Shown here: in pieces, positions 10,133-18,652 of the stretch | Layout of the letters: every line of letters starts with the position of its first letter | Numbering within the stretch: the first letter of the stretch is position 1 | Source: an uncultured Acidobacteriota bacterium | GTDB lineage: Bacteria; Acidobacteriota; Thermoanaerobaculia; UBA5066; DATFVB01 | Length of the DNA: 64,000 bases | Assembly (NCBI GenBank): GCA_963813155.1 | Contig: CAWEYG010000003.1 | Location: 928,001-992,000, forward strand | Direction of reading: 5' to 3' | Translations under genes and position numbers: made by a program | The notes under the pieces: model-generated | Told to the model about the DNA's origin: nothing | The model's input: the letters and a program-made list of their open reading frames with translations, nothing else | Database searches by the model: none

Positions 10133-12132
10133 TTCGAAGCCTGCGCCGCGGCCGTCGGGGGAAGGCTCTCGAGGTACGACGTGATCCTCAGCGCGTCTGT
10201 GTCGGACAGGCCGTAGTTCGGGCAACGGACGTCGGCCCTCCAGCGTTGCGGCCCCTTCATCCAGTAGTAGACCCACCCCGGCCGGAGCCGCTTCGGGGTA
10301 TCCGTGAGAGGGGGTCCGACGTACCCGCCCGAAGCCCCGAGGATGTGGCAGCCCCGGCAACCGAGAGTGATGTAGAGACGCGATCCCTCGGAGGCGTCCG
10401 AGTCGCCCGCCGGCCGGCCGGCGAAGGGGTCCTCGGCGATCGCGGGATCGACGTAGAAATTCTGGATCGCGTCGGCGAGCAGCGCGGCCTGCTCGCGCGT
10501 GATCCGGAGCGACGGCATCCGTTCTTCGAGGATCGGGCGCAGCGTGTACGGCGCCGCGAGGTAGTCGACGAGCCACTCTCGTTTCACCTTGCTTCCCTCG
10601 AAGGTCAGAGGCGCCGTCGAGATGTCCTCGCCCCGGTCGCCAATCCGGTGGCAGGAGAGACAGCGGTAGCTTTCGACGAGCTTGCCGATCTGCCCGCCCG
10701 GGAGGAGGGCCGGCGCCGCCGTCGATTCCACGCGATAGCGTTCGGGAGGCGGCTCGGAGCCGAGCGAGAGAAGCGCCGTGACGACTGCGCGCGCATCCTC
10801 CGCATTCAAGCCGTAAGACGGCATCTTCAGACCCTGCGCGAAGGACCGGGGCGCGTCGATTTTCGCCGCGAGCCAGGCGGGAAGCGTCCTCGGAATGTCG
10901 GTTCGGCGCCCGAAGTCCAGGGACGAAGCCTTCTTGTCGCCAATCCCAGCGAGGTCCGGGCCGAACTTCTCGCCCCGGCCCGAAACCGACGGGTCATGGC
11001 ACGAGAGACATCCGGAAGTCCGAAAGACCTTCTCGCCCTTCTCGGCGAGAGTTTGATTGACCCGGATCGGCTCGAGGACGTTGGCCGGAGCTTCGAAATC
11101 GCGAAAGTCCTGCTCGAGGTAGGCCACGACATCGCGCGATTCGGCCTCGGAGAAGTTGAAGCGGGGCATCCGCGTCCTCGGATTGAACGCCTGGGGATTG
11201 CGGAGGAAGGCGAGCAGCCACCCGCGGGTCGCCGCGGTGGCGACGTGCGAGAGCTCCGGCGCCGCGCCCTTTCCTTTTCCTTCCACGGTATGGCAGGTGA
11301 TGCAGCGCGATTCGGAAAAGAGCTTCTTTCCGGCCGCGGGATCGCCCGGGGCCTCCTGTTCCGCGGCCCGAATCTGTCGCGCGAGCAGGTCGGGAGCGGC
11401 GAGACTGAACACATAGTGCGCCAGCTCCTCGACGCTGTCGCCCGCCAGATGGAAGTTCGGCATCGTGGCATTGGGATCGACGCCATGCGGGTCCCTGAGC
11501 CACTGGCGCAGCCAGATCCCTCCCGTTTTCATCGACTCCGCCGCGAGCGGCGGGGCTTCGGACACGAAATCTCCGTGACCGGGAACCGAGTGGCAGGCAT
11601 AGCAGCCCTTCCGGGCCATCAGCTCGCGGCCGCGGGAGAGGGTCGGCGCCTCCGGCACGGCCGCGGTGAAATGGCAACGGCCGCATCCTCCTTCGAGAAA
11701 GGAAAGGGGCAGCATCGGCGGCCCGGCGTCCCGCGCGGTCCCGTGGGCGTCCTCGAGATCGGTTGCGAGCCCCTGCCCTCCGTGGCACGACGTGCAGCCG
11801 AATCGGTCGAAATCTGCGGGCGTGTGGGCGGTTCGGGAATGAAAACCGTACGGTTCGGGAGCGCCGGCCAAGACCGCGTCGGCCGCCCCGAGGTGGCAGG
11901 TCGTGCACCTGTCCACGCGATCGTTGAAGTCGCGCAGCCAGAATTGCTGAATGGCCACCGGACGGCTCGAATACTCGCGCGCCGACTTGAGGTTTTTCGC
12001 CCGGGACGCCGCGAGCGCGAAATAACGGCGCTGAATCCCGCGATACGGCCGCAGGACGTTCTTGACCGGCGAGACCGCGAGGACCGCGAGGAAGATCACG
12101 CTGGTCGCGGCGAAGATTCGTCGGAGCGGCAC
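10129..12132 (-). CDS. membrane-anchored octaheme cytochrome c (Rieske/cytb-associated)
   Basis: N-terminal hydrophobic anchor; 8 CxxCH (CTTCH, CTSCH, CGRCH, CYACH, CITCH, CLSCH x2, CRGCH); repeated MP distal-ligand motifs. Confidence 0.9.
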   Translation of the reverse strand: MPLRRIFAATSVIFLAVLAVSPVKNVLRPYRGIQRRYFALAASRAKNLKSAREYSSRPVAIQQFWLRDFNDRVDRCTTCHLGAADAVLAGAPEPYGFHSRTAHTPADFDRFGCTSCHGGQGLATDLEDAHGTARDAGPPMLPLSFLEGGCGRCHFTAAVPEAPTLSRGRELMARKGCYACHSVPGHGDFVSEAPPLAAESMKTGGIWLRQWLRDPHGVDPNATMPNFHLAGDSVEELAHYVFSLAAPDLLARQIRAAEQEAPGDPAAGKKLFSESRCITCHTVEGKGKGAAPELSHVATAATRGWLLAFLRNPQAFNPRTRMPRFNFSEAESRDVVAYLEQDFRDFEAPANVLEPIRVNQTLAEKGEKVFRTSGCLSCHDPSVSGRGEKFGPDLAGIGDKKASSLDFGRRTDIPRTLPAWLAAKIDAPRSFAQGLKMPSYGLNAEDARAVVTALLSLGSEPPPERYRVESTAAPALLPGGQIGKLVESYRCLSCHRIGDRGEDISTAPLTFEGSKVKREWLVDYLAAPYTLRPILEERMPSLRITREQAALLADAIQNFYVDPAIAEDPFAGRPAGDSDASEGSRLYITLGCRGCHILGASGGYVGPPLTDTPKRLRPGWVYYWMKGPQRWRADVRCPNYGLSDTDALRITSYLESLPPTAAAQASK

Positions 12133-12141
12133 GTTTCCTCC

Positions 12142-12846
12142 CTAGAACCCGGTTCCCGCGTTCCAGGGCCAGACGAACGACCAGCCGGGGCCGCGAAAGA
12201 AAGTCCCGATGGCCGTGAGGATCGTGGCGATCATCACGAACCAGGTCATGATCCATTCGGGCAGCGTCACGCCCGAGAGAACGCGCCGGAGGCGGCCCCC
12301 CTGCTCCCCTCCGCGCGCGGCGAACATCGCGGCCGCGACGAGAACCGTGGGCACCACGACCGGCCAGCAACCTGAGGCTCCGAAGGCCACGACAAGTGCT
12401 CCGGTGGCGGCGACCAGCGCGATCGCCTGCTTCCTGCCTTTTCCAGCCCAGAGCGGGCCCGCCGTCAGGTTGATCCGGGCATAGGGAATGACGACGAGGG
12501 AGATCACGACGAGAGCCGGCAGCAGAACGCCGGCGACGATCGGCGGAAAATAGTGGAGAAGCTCCTGAAGTCCGAGAAAGTACCAGGGGGCCTTCGCGGG
12601 ATTCGGCGTCTCGAGCGGATTGGCGATTCCTTCCAGCGGCGCGTCGAACGCGAATGCCGCGACTGCTAGCGCGATTACCACGACCTGGAACAGGATGATC
12701 TCGCGAAGGATCAGGTGGGGAAAGGTCATCACGTATCGCTCGTCGTCCCGGCGGACGGCCGGCCGCATCTGCGGGTTCAGGAGCGCGACCCGGATCGGAA
12801 CGGCGAGCGGGTCGTTGGATTCGACGAGGTCGATCTCGCGGCTCAT
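12142..12846 (-). CDS. Rieske/cytb complex subunit IV (C-terminal half of split cytochrome b)
   Basis: [32 protein letters not shown] (PEWY-equivalent), FFRGPGW. Confidence 0.88.
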   Translation of the reverse strand: MSREIDLVESNDPLAVPIRVALLNPQMRPAVRRDDERYVMTFPHLILREIILFQVVVIALAVAAFAFDAPLEGIANPLETPNPAKAPWYFLGLQELLHYFPPIVAGVLLPALVVISLVVIPYARINLTAGPLWAGKGRKQAIALVAATGALVVAFGASGCWPVVVPTVLVAAAMFAARGGEQGGRLRRVLSGVTLPEWIMTWFVMIATILTAIGTFFRGPGWSFVWPWNAGTGF

Positions 12847-13628
12847 GGAAGATCCTCCTCTCGTAGCTCATCTTCCGGCGGGCCGCCGTCTTCTTCGGGG
12901 GGACCCTGCACCCCGCCGTCCTTGCGGACTCGCCAAACGTGAACCGAGACGAACAGGAGCAGCGCAACCGGAAGCACGACGCAGTGGAGGACGTAGAAGC
13001 GGAGCAGGGCGTTTTCCGACACGACGTTTCCGCCCAGCAGCAGGAAGCGAACCTTGTCGCCGATGAAAGGCGCCTGTTTCGCCATGTTCGTCCCGACCGA
13101 GACGCCCCAGAAGGCGAGCTGGTCCCACGGCAGGAGATAGCCCGTGTACGAGAGAAGAAGAGTCAGGATCAGGAGGACGACGCCGATGACCCAGTTGAAT
13201 TGGCGCGGCGGCCGATAGGCCCGGTGGTAGAAGACGCGGAGCATGTGGAGAATCGCCGCGAAGACCATCGCGTGCGCGGCCCATCGGTGGAGGTTTCTCA
13301 GGAAGAGCCCGTTGTCCACGACGTAGTGGAGCTCTTTCATGTCCTTGTAGGCCTGGGGAACGGAGGGATGATAGTAGAACATCAGCAGGACGCCCGTCGC
13401 GACGAGAATGGCCGAGCAGGCGAGCGCGATTCCCCCGAGCCAGTAGGTGTGCCGGAAGAGGAGGGTCTTTTCGCGGACCTTGACCGGATGAACGTGGAGA
13501 AACAGGTTCCCGAAGATGATGAGCGATCGGTTCAGGTTCGTGTCGGCTACGCCGTGCCGCACGATCGAGCGATAGACCGAAGTCTCGCGAATTCTGCGCC
13601 AGAGCATTTCCATCGTCGATTCCTTCAT
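12843..13628 (-). CDS. cytochrome b6-like N-terminal subunit of Rieske/cytb complex
   Basis: RNLHRWAAH...[18 protein letters not shown]-x14-H (b6-type spacing); ATG 13628 overlaps the Rieske stop. Confidence 0.92.
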   Translation of the reverse strand: MKESTMEMLWRRIRETSVYRSIVRHGVADTNLNRSLIIFGNLFLHVHPVKVREKTLLFRHTYWLGGIALACSAILVATGVLLMFYYHPSVPQAYKDMKELHYVVDNGLFLRNLHRWAAHAMVFAAILHMLRVFYHRAYRPPRQFNWVIGVVLLILTLLLSYTGYLLPWDQLAFWGVSVGTNMAKQAPFIGDKVRFLLLGGNVVSENALLRFYVLHCVVLPVALLLFVSVHVWRVRKDGGVQGPPEEDGGPPEDELREEDLP

Positions 13629-14080
13629 GCTTTGAACAGCTTTCCGTGCGGAATCACGATGCTCGTGTCGACCAGGAGATTCCCCGCCGCGTCGGAAGTC
13701 ACCTCGAGCCAGGGAAGCGGACGGGGAGCGGGGCCGTGGGAGACGTTGCCCTCCAGATCGAAGCGGCTCCCGTGGCAGGGGCAGGCGATCGCTCCCTCGT
13801 CGGAAACGAATCGCGTAATGCAGCCGAGATGCGTGCAAACGGCGGAAAGGGCGTAGATCCCGCCCGGCCCCCCAATGACGTAGGCCTTCTGCTCCTTGTT
13901 GAAACGGACCGTGCCTTCCGGATAGTCGCCCGAGCCTCCCGCGCGAAACGTGGTCGGCGGTTCGAACAGGACCTTCGGCTTGAGGTAGTCGAGCGTCACC
14001 ACGCCGGAACCGAGCGCAGCCGCCGCGCAAGCGCCGACTCCGATGCGAGCGAGAAAGTCCCGCCGGCTCGACTCGTCCAT
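13625..14080 (-). CDS. Rieske [2Fe-2S] protein
   Basis: Tat motif SRRDFL, CTHLGC and [15 protein letters not shown]; alternative TTG start at 14116. Confidence 0.93.
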   Translation of the reverse strand: MDESSRRDFLARIGVGACAAAALGSGVVTLDYLKPKVLFEPPTTFRAGGSGDYPEGTVRFNKEQKAYVIGGPGGIYALSAVCTHLGCITRFVSDEGAIACPCHGSRFDLEGNVSHGPAPRPLPWLEVTSDAAGNLLVDTSIVIPHGKLFKA

Positions 14081-14108
14081 CTCGCGCAGATTCGGATCTC
14101 TCGCGCCG

Positions 14109-15938
14109 TCAGGCAACAGCGTCCCCCTTCCTCCCAAAACTCTGCATCGTGATCGTTCCGGCCGGACACCGGGCGGCGCACAGGCCGCAGCGAATGCAGA
14201 CGGTCTCGTCCTTCAGAAAAATCGCCCCCTCGCGCCGGCCCTCGATGACGATCGGCGCGATTTCGCGCGCGGCCGGCGACCCTCGCCGGATTAAGGCCTG
14301 CGGAAGGATCTCGATGCAGTTCTCCGGGCAGATGTCCTGGCATCCGCCGCAGAGGATGCATTCCGTTCCCTGGGAGGCGCTCTCTTCGAAGATCGTGTTC
14401 GTCCAGCAATGGAGGCAGCGGGAGCCCTCGAGCCGAGCCTGCTTCTCGGAAAAGCACTCCTCGACCTCCGCGATTCCGATCCGGCGGGCGATCGGCCGGG
14501 TCGGAGGCTTCTGGCGCGGGAGGCCCTCGAAATCCAGAGGTTTGGCATAGCGGCCATGGACGTCGATCTCGACCTCGATCTCGGGCTCGTTGCGCGGACG
14601 GCCGCGCAGGAATTCGTCGATCGACCGCGCCGCCTTCTTTCCGTCCGCGATCGCGTTGATCGCGATCCGGGGACCGAACGCCGCGTCGCCGCCGGTGTAC
14701 ACGCCCGGCGCCGTCGTCGCGAGCGTGTCGGGGTTCATCGTGATCCGGCCCCCTTTGATCGCAATACCGTCTTCCGGGCGGAGAAACGAGAAGTCACCCG
14801 TCTGGCCGATCGCCATGATCGCGGTATCGGCCTCCAAAACGGTTTCCGAACCCTCCAGAAATTGAGGTGAAAAACGGCCAGACTCGTCGAAAACCCGCGA
14901 GACCTTCCGGAATTCGATTCCCGTCAGGCCGGACGGTCCGCCGAGAAAACGGCTGGGCCCGAGCCGATGTCGGAAACGAATCCCCTCCGAGGAAGCCTCT
15001 TCGATCTCGTCGCCGGCGGCGGGCATCTCCGCCTCGGATTCGAGGCAGCAGACCGTCACCTCGCGGGCGCCGAACCGGACGGCGCTCCTGGCGACGTCGA
15101 GCGCCTGCACGATCGACAGATTGCGCTCCGTGTTGACCTGCTCCCCGGCCCGGGCCGCCGTGCGGGCGACGTCGAGGGCGACGTTGCCGCCGCCGATCAC
15201 GACGACGCGCCGGCCCATTTCGAGCTTGTAGCCGAGGTTGATGTTCAAGAGATAGTCGATCCCCCGGAGCACGCCGTCGAGTTCGACGCCCGGGATCGTC
15301 AGGTCCCGGCTCCGCATCGCCCCCACGCCGAGAAAGACGGACCGAAATCCCTGCGCCTGCAGGTCCGAGATCGTGAAGTCGGTCCCCAGTCTGGTGTTGG
15401 TCTTCAGCTCGACGCCCAGGGAAAGGATCGCGTTGATCTCGAGCTGGATGATCGCCCGCGGCAAGCGATACTCGGGCACGCCGAGGCGGAGCATGCCCCC
15501 GGCCACGGGAGCTCCTTCGAAGATCGTCACCGGATACCCCATGATCGCCAGGTCATGCGCGCACGCGAGGCCCGCCGGGCCCGATCCGATCACCGCGACT
15601 TTCTCCGCATAGCGGTCACGTCGGGCTCCGAAGATCTCCGTCAGTACCGAAAAGTCCATCATGCTTTCGACACCGAACTTTTCCGTGACGAAGCGCTTGA
15701 GGGCGCGGATCGAGATCGGAGCGTCGAGCTCCCCCCTTCGGCAGACGCTCTCGCAGGGCGCCGCGCAGATCCTTCCGCAGATCGAGGCGAGCGGGTTGGG
15801 CTTTCGAGCCACCGCGTAGGCTTCCCGGAACTTCCCCTGCGCGATCAGGGCCACATACTTCCCCGCTTCGGTGTGGACCGGGCAGGCCCACTTGCAGGGA
15901 AAGTTCCGTTCCAGCCATTCGACGTTGACGCCGGTCAC
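14109..15938 (-). CDS. GltD/NfnB-like FAD/NAD(P)-binding oxidoreductase with C-terminal 2x[4Fe-4S] ferredoxin domain
   Basis: PCKWACPVH, CGRICAAPCESVC, GSGPAG, GGMLRLGVPEYRLP, GGGNVA, RCLHC, CILCGGCQDICP, CIRCGLCAARCP; GTG at 15938. Confidence 0.9.
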   Translation of the reverse strand: MTGVNVEWLERNFPCKWACPVHTEAGKYVALIAQGKFREAYAVARKPNPLASICGRICAAPCESVCRRGELDAPISIRALKRFVTEKFGVESMMDFSVLTEIFGARRDRYAEKVAVIGSGPAGLACAHDLAIMGYPVTIFEGAPVAGGMLRLGVPEYRLPRAIIQLEINAILSLGVELKTNTRLGTDFTISDLQAQGFRSVFLGVGAMRSRDLTIPGVELDGVLRGIDYLLNINLGYKLEMGRRVVVIGGGNVALDVARTAARAGEQVNTERNLSIVQALDVARSAVRFGAREVTVCCLESEAEMPAAGDEIEEASSEGIRFRHRLGPSRFLGGPSGLTGIEFRKVSRVFDESGRFSPQFLEGSETVLEADTAIMAIGQTGDFSFLRPEDGIAIKGGRITMNPDTLATTAPGVYTGGDAAFGPRIAINAIADGKKAARSIDEFLRGRPRNEPEIEVEIDVHGRYAKPLDFEGLPRQKPPTRPIARRIGIAEVEECFSEKQARLEGSRCLHCWTNTIFEESASQGTECILCGGCQDICPENCIEILPQALIRRGSPAAREIAPIVIEGRREGAIFLKDETVCIRCGLCAARCPAGTITMQSFGRKGDAVA

Positions 15939-15949
15939 ACGATGTCCCG

Positions 15950-17299
15950 TCAGAACACGAATCTCGCCAGGACGTACAGGGTATTGTTGTCGCTCGCATT
16001 GCGCCCGGAACCGTCGTAATTCGTCTTCGCGCCGTTGAACTTCGTATAGACCGTGTACTGCGCGGCGAGCTGGCAGTTCTGAACCGGCCACCAGGATACG
16101 TTCGCGATGTAACCCGAGCTGTTCGGGCTGCCGGTCGCGCTTCCGCTGAGATCCGCCGGGGCGAAGAGAAGCGTGTCCGGAGTCCCGGTGACGTTGAACA
16201 AGCCGATTCCTGCCGAGTAGCGGTTCCCCAGATGGTAGTTGGCGCTGGCCGCCACCGAGCTCAGGTGGTGCTTCTCCCGATCGGCACCGCCCTGGTCGAA
16301 GCTCCCGGTCAGGGTCGAATTCTCGCGGATGTATGTCCCGCGCAGCGAGAGAACGTCCGTTCGGAACAGCGTTTGGTCGTATTGCGTGTCTGCTCCCCAA
16401 TCGGTGAACTCGTCCTCGGGGCCCGAGACGGAATTCGGGTTGGACTTCACGCGCATGCCGAAGCCTCCGACCTCCAGGAAATTGTTTCCCGCGATCGTCT
16501 GCTGCCACGCGACCCGCCAGTAGGGAGCGACACCGCGAATGTTGACGGCAAAGCCCTCGCCCGACGTCGGGGCAGGACTCCCCACGTGATCCGAGCGGTA
16601 GAGCGTTCCCGCGAGGTAGAGATGGTCATCCCACATCGCATAAGCACCGAGGCCCGCCACATCCTGGCCGAGACTCGCGATGATCGGAGCCGCTGTCGGG
16701 GTCGGTGCGGAGTCGCTCGCCATGAACGGATAGCCCCAGGCCGGTGTCGTGTTCCAGAGATCCTCGACGGTCGGATTGTTGTTGAGCGTCAAACCGTAAA
16801 CGAGCTCTTTGCCTCCCATCTTCGTCAAGTTGGCATAGCGCACGTCGCTATTGTCGATGCTGAAGTGATCGTCCTGCTTGGTGTAGGTCACCTGCACGAA
16901 GCTGCCAATGTGCGTCGTCCAGGCGCCGGAAAGAAAGAGCGAGATGTCCTGCGGGAATTCGACGTTCCCATTCTGCGTGCCGGGTTGAGTCTTGTTTGTG
17001 TGCGTGTAAGAGGTTTCCAACCACGCGGAAAGAGGAAGGGTCTTGAGCAGGTTGAGGCCGGCATGGGTTTCCTTCGGCTCGTTTACGACCGCTGGCGTCT
17101 CCTGGGCGCGGTCCGTGTAGCCCAGCAGCTTGAACCGCCGGCCAGCGCTGTTGAGCTCGGGAGGAGTGGTATGGCAGCCGTTACACGCAAGTCCCGTCTG
17201 TCGAGCGAAGCTCGGGACAGATTGCGCGGTCGAGCGAAACAAGACGGCGACGGCAAAGGACACGGCGACGACGAACAGGAACGAATAGCGGTTCTTCAT
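15950..17299 (-). CDS. cyc2: Cyc2-type monoheme cytochrome-porin fusion (outer membrane)
   Basis: Signal peptide, then SVPSFARQTGLACNGCHTTPPELNSAGRRFKLLGY, matching the Cyc2 signature (PxFARQT, CxxCH, PxL, GRxFK); beta-strand-rich remainder; C-terminal Phe. Confidence 0.88.
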   Translation of the reverse strand: MKNRYSFLFVVAVSFAVAVLFRSTAQSVPSFARQTGLACNGCHTTPPELNSAGRRFKLLGYTDRAQETPAVVNEPKETHAGLNLLKTLPLSAWLETSYTHTNKTQPGTQNGNVEFPQDISLFLSGAWTTHIGSFVQVTYTKQDDHFSIDNSDVRYANLTKMGGKELVYGLTLNNNPTVEDLWNTTPAWGYPFMASDSAPTPTAAPIIASLGQDVAGLGAYAMWDDHLYLAGTLYRSDHVGSPAPTSGEGFAVNIRGVAPYWRVAWQQTIAGNNFLEVGGFGMRVKSNPNSVSGPEDEFTDWGADTQYDQTLFRTDVLSLRGTYIRENSTLTGSFDQGGADREKHHLSSVAASANYHLGNRYSAGIGLFNVTGTPDTLLFAPADLSGSATGSPNSSGYIANVSWWPVQNCQLAAQYTVYTKFNGAKTNYDGSGRNASDNNTLYVLARFVF

Positions 17300-17301
17300 C
17301 T

Positions 17302-17877
17302 CTACCTCGCGATTTCAAAGTCCGCCGTCGTGGCGCCTTTCACCGTGACGGCCTTCTGGGTTCCTTTCGCTTTCGGATGCCAGACCTTGACCGTGTAAGC
17401 ACCATCGGGAACGTCGGCAATCCGGAACGAACCGTCCGCCTTTGTGACCGCAAAATACGGAGTCGGAACCGCTGCGACAAAGCCTTCCATCTCGGGATGG
17501 ACCTTGCAGAGGAGTGTGGCGACGCACTCTTTCTTGAACGTGTAGCTCTTGGTCTGCCCCTTGGGCCACGTGCCGAGATTGAACTTGTCGGCGCAGGCAT
17601 CCGGGGAGTACACGTTGTGCAGGACGGCGTCGGAATTGAGAAAATCCACGGTCGTTCCGACGAGCACTGGGACGACGTGCGGACTGAAGATCAGGTTCGC
17701 CTGGTCCATCTTCGCGTGAGCGGTCGGCGCGGGAAACGTCTTCCCCGACTCGACGGCGTAAACCACCGCGTCGGCGCTGTCGCGGGTCCCCTTCACCTTC
17801 ACTTTTCCCTGGATCTCACCCGCGAGAAGGGGTGCGCCAACGCTCAGAATCACTACTGCGATCAAATTATTCTTCAT
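17302..17877 (-). CDS. secreted cupredoxin-like protein with carboxypeptidase-regulatory-like domain
   Basis: Signal peptide; HNVYS...CKVHPEM gives type-1 Cu ligands His/Cys/His/Met; GAYTVKVWHP; AAGGAG RBS. Confidence 0.82.
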   Translation of the reverse strand: MKNNLIAVVILSVGAPLLAGEIQGKVKVKGTRDSADAVVYAVESGKTFPAPTAHAKMDQANLIFSPHVVPVLVGTTVDFLNSDAVLHNVYSPDACADKFNLGTWPKGQTKSYTFKKECVATLLCKVHPEMEGFVAAVPTPYFAVTKADGSFRIADVPDGAYTVKVWHPKAKGTQKAVTVKGATTADFEIAR

Positions 17878-17959
17878 TGAGACCAACTCCTTTCAACACC
17901 ACAGATTCTGTCGCCCCGGGAGGTCCGATCCCATCCCGCAAGCTCACCGAATTACGTAG

Positions 17960-18652
17960 TTAAACCTCACCAGGCAAGAGGATGCGTTTCTGGAACGCGA
18001 AGGCGACTGCCTCGGCCTTCGAGTGGAGCTCGAGCTTGTCGAGGATGTTCTGGATGTGGTTGCGTGCCGTCAGGTGCGAGATATGGAGCCGATCCGCGAT
18101 CTCGGGCGTTGCCCGGCCGGCCGCGAGCATGCCGAGCACTTCGACTTCACGGGCCGTGAGCTTCCGGGCACGAGCGTCGGGCGACTCCCGGACGACGGAG
18201 AGCATCGATCGCGGCGGTATGGCAGGTTCTTCCGAGTCCTTCGGCTCCCTCCGGTCGGAGAGCTGAGGTTGAAGGATATGAGCGAGATAGAAGCGATCGG
18301 GAGGCCCGGATCCGACATTGAGGATGCTCACGTCCGCGACGATGCTCGCGCCTCCCTTCGCTTGGAGAGTCAGGCCGAAATGTCGGACAGGCTCGCCGCG
18401 GAAGGCCATCTGCGTGACCGGACAGGTCTCGGCGCAGTAGCGGTTCCCGTGGACGTCGCTGCCCTCCAACATCCCGGCGCAGCTGGCCCCCAGGGCTTCC
18501 TCCTCGCTGTAACCGAAGAGGTGCTCTGCGCTGTGGTTCCAGAAAACGATCCGGTTGCGCCGGTCGGTGGCGAAAACGGGCTCGGGCGAATGCTCGAGCG
18601 CCGAGAAAAGAGCGGCGACGTCGCCCGGGAGCTGAGCGGTGCCGAACCTCAT
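17960..18652 (-). CDS. PAS domain + LuxR/NarL HTH transcriptional regulator
   Basis: IVFWNHSAEHLFGY (PAS), C-x14-C-x3-C, LTAREVEVL...IADRLHIS..TARNH. Confidence 0.9.
   Translation of the reverse strand: MRFGTAQLPGDVAALFSALEHSPEPVFATDRRNRIVFWNHSAEHLFGYSEEEALGASCAGMLEGSDVHGNRYCAETCPVTQMAFRGEPVRHFGLTLQAKGGASIVADVSILNVGSGPPDRFYLAHILQPQLSDRREPKDSEEPAIPPRSMLSVVRESPDARARKLTAREVEVLGMLAAGRATPEIADRLHISHLTARNHIQNILDKLELHSKAEAVAFAFQKRILLPGEV

Noticed and set aside
10246-12375. Long antisense or alternate-frame ORFs (also 32450..34615, 54589..57213, 26482..28497 and others)
   Set aside because: Shadow ORFs expected in high-GC DNA opposite well-supported genes; Arg/Pro-rich with no motifs
14109-16508. 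799-aa version of the flavoprotein
   Set aside because: The first ~190 aa are an alternate frame of cyc2; the plausible start is GTG 15938
17939-17954. Motif copy directly upstream of cupredoxin-cyc2 (TAATTCGGTGAGCTTG, minus strand)
   Set aside because: Only the left half matches and the conserved CATCA half is missing, so it was not counted as a site
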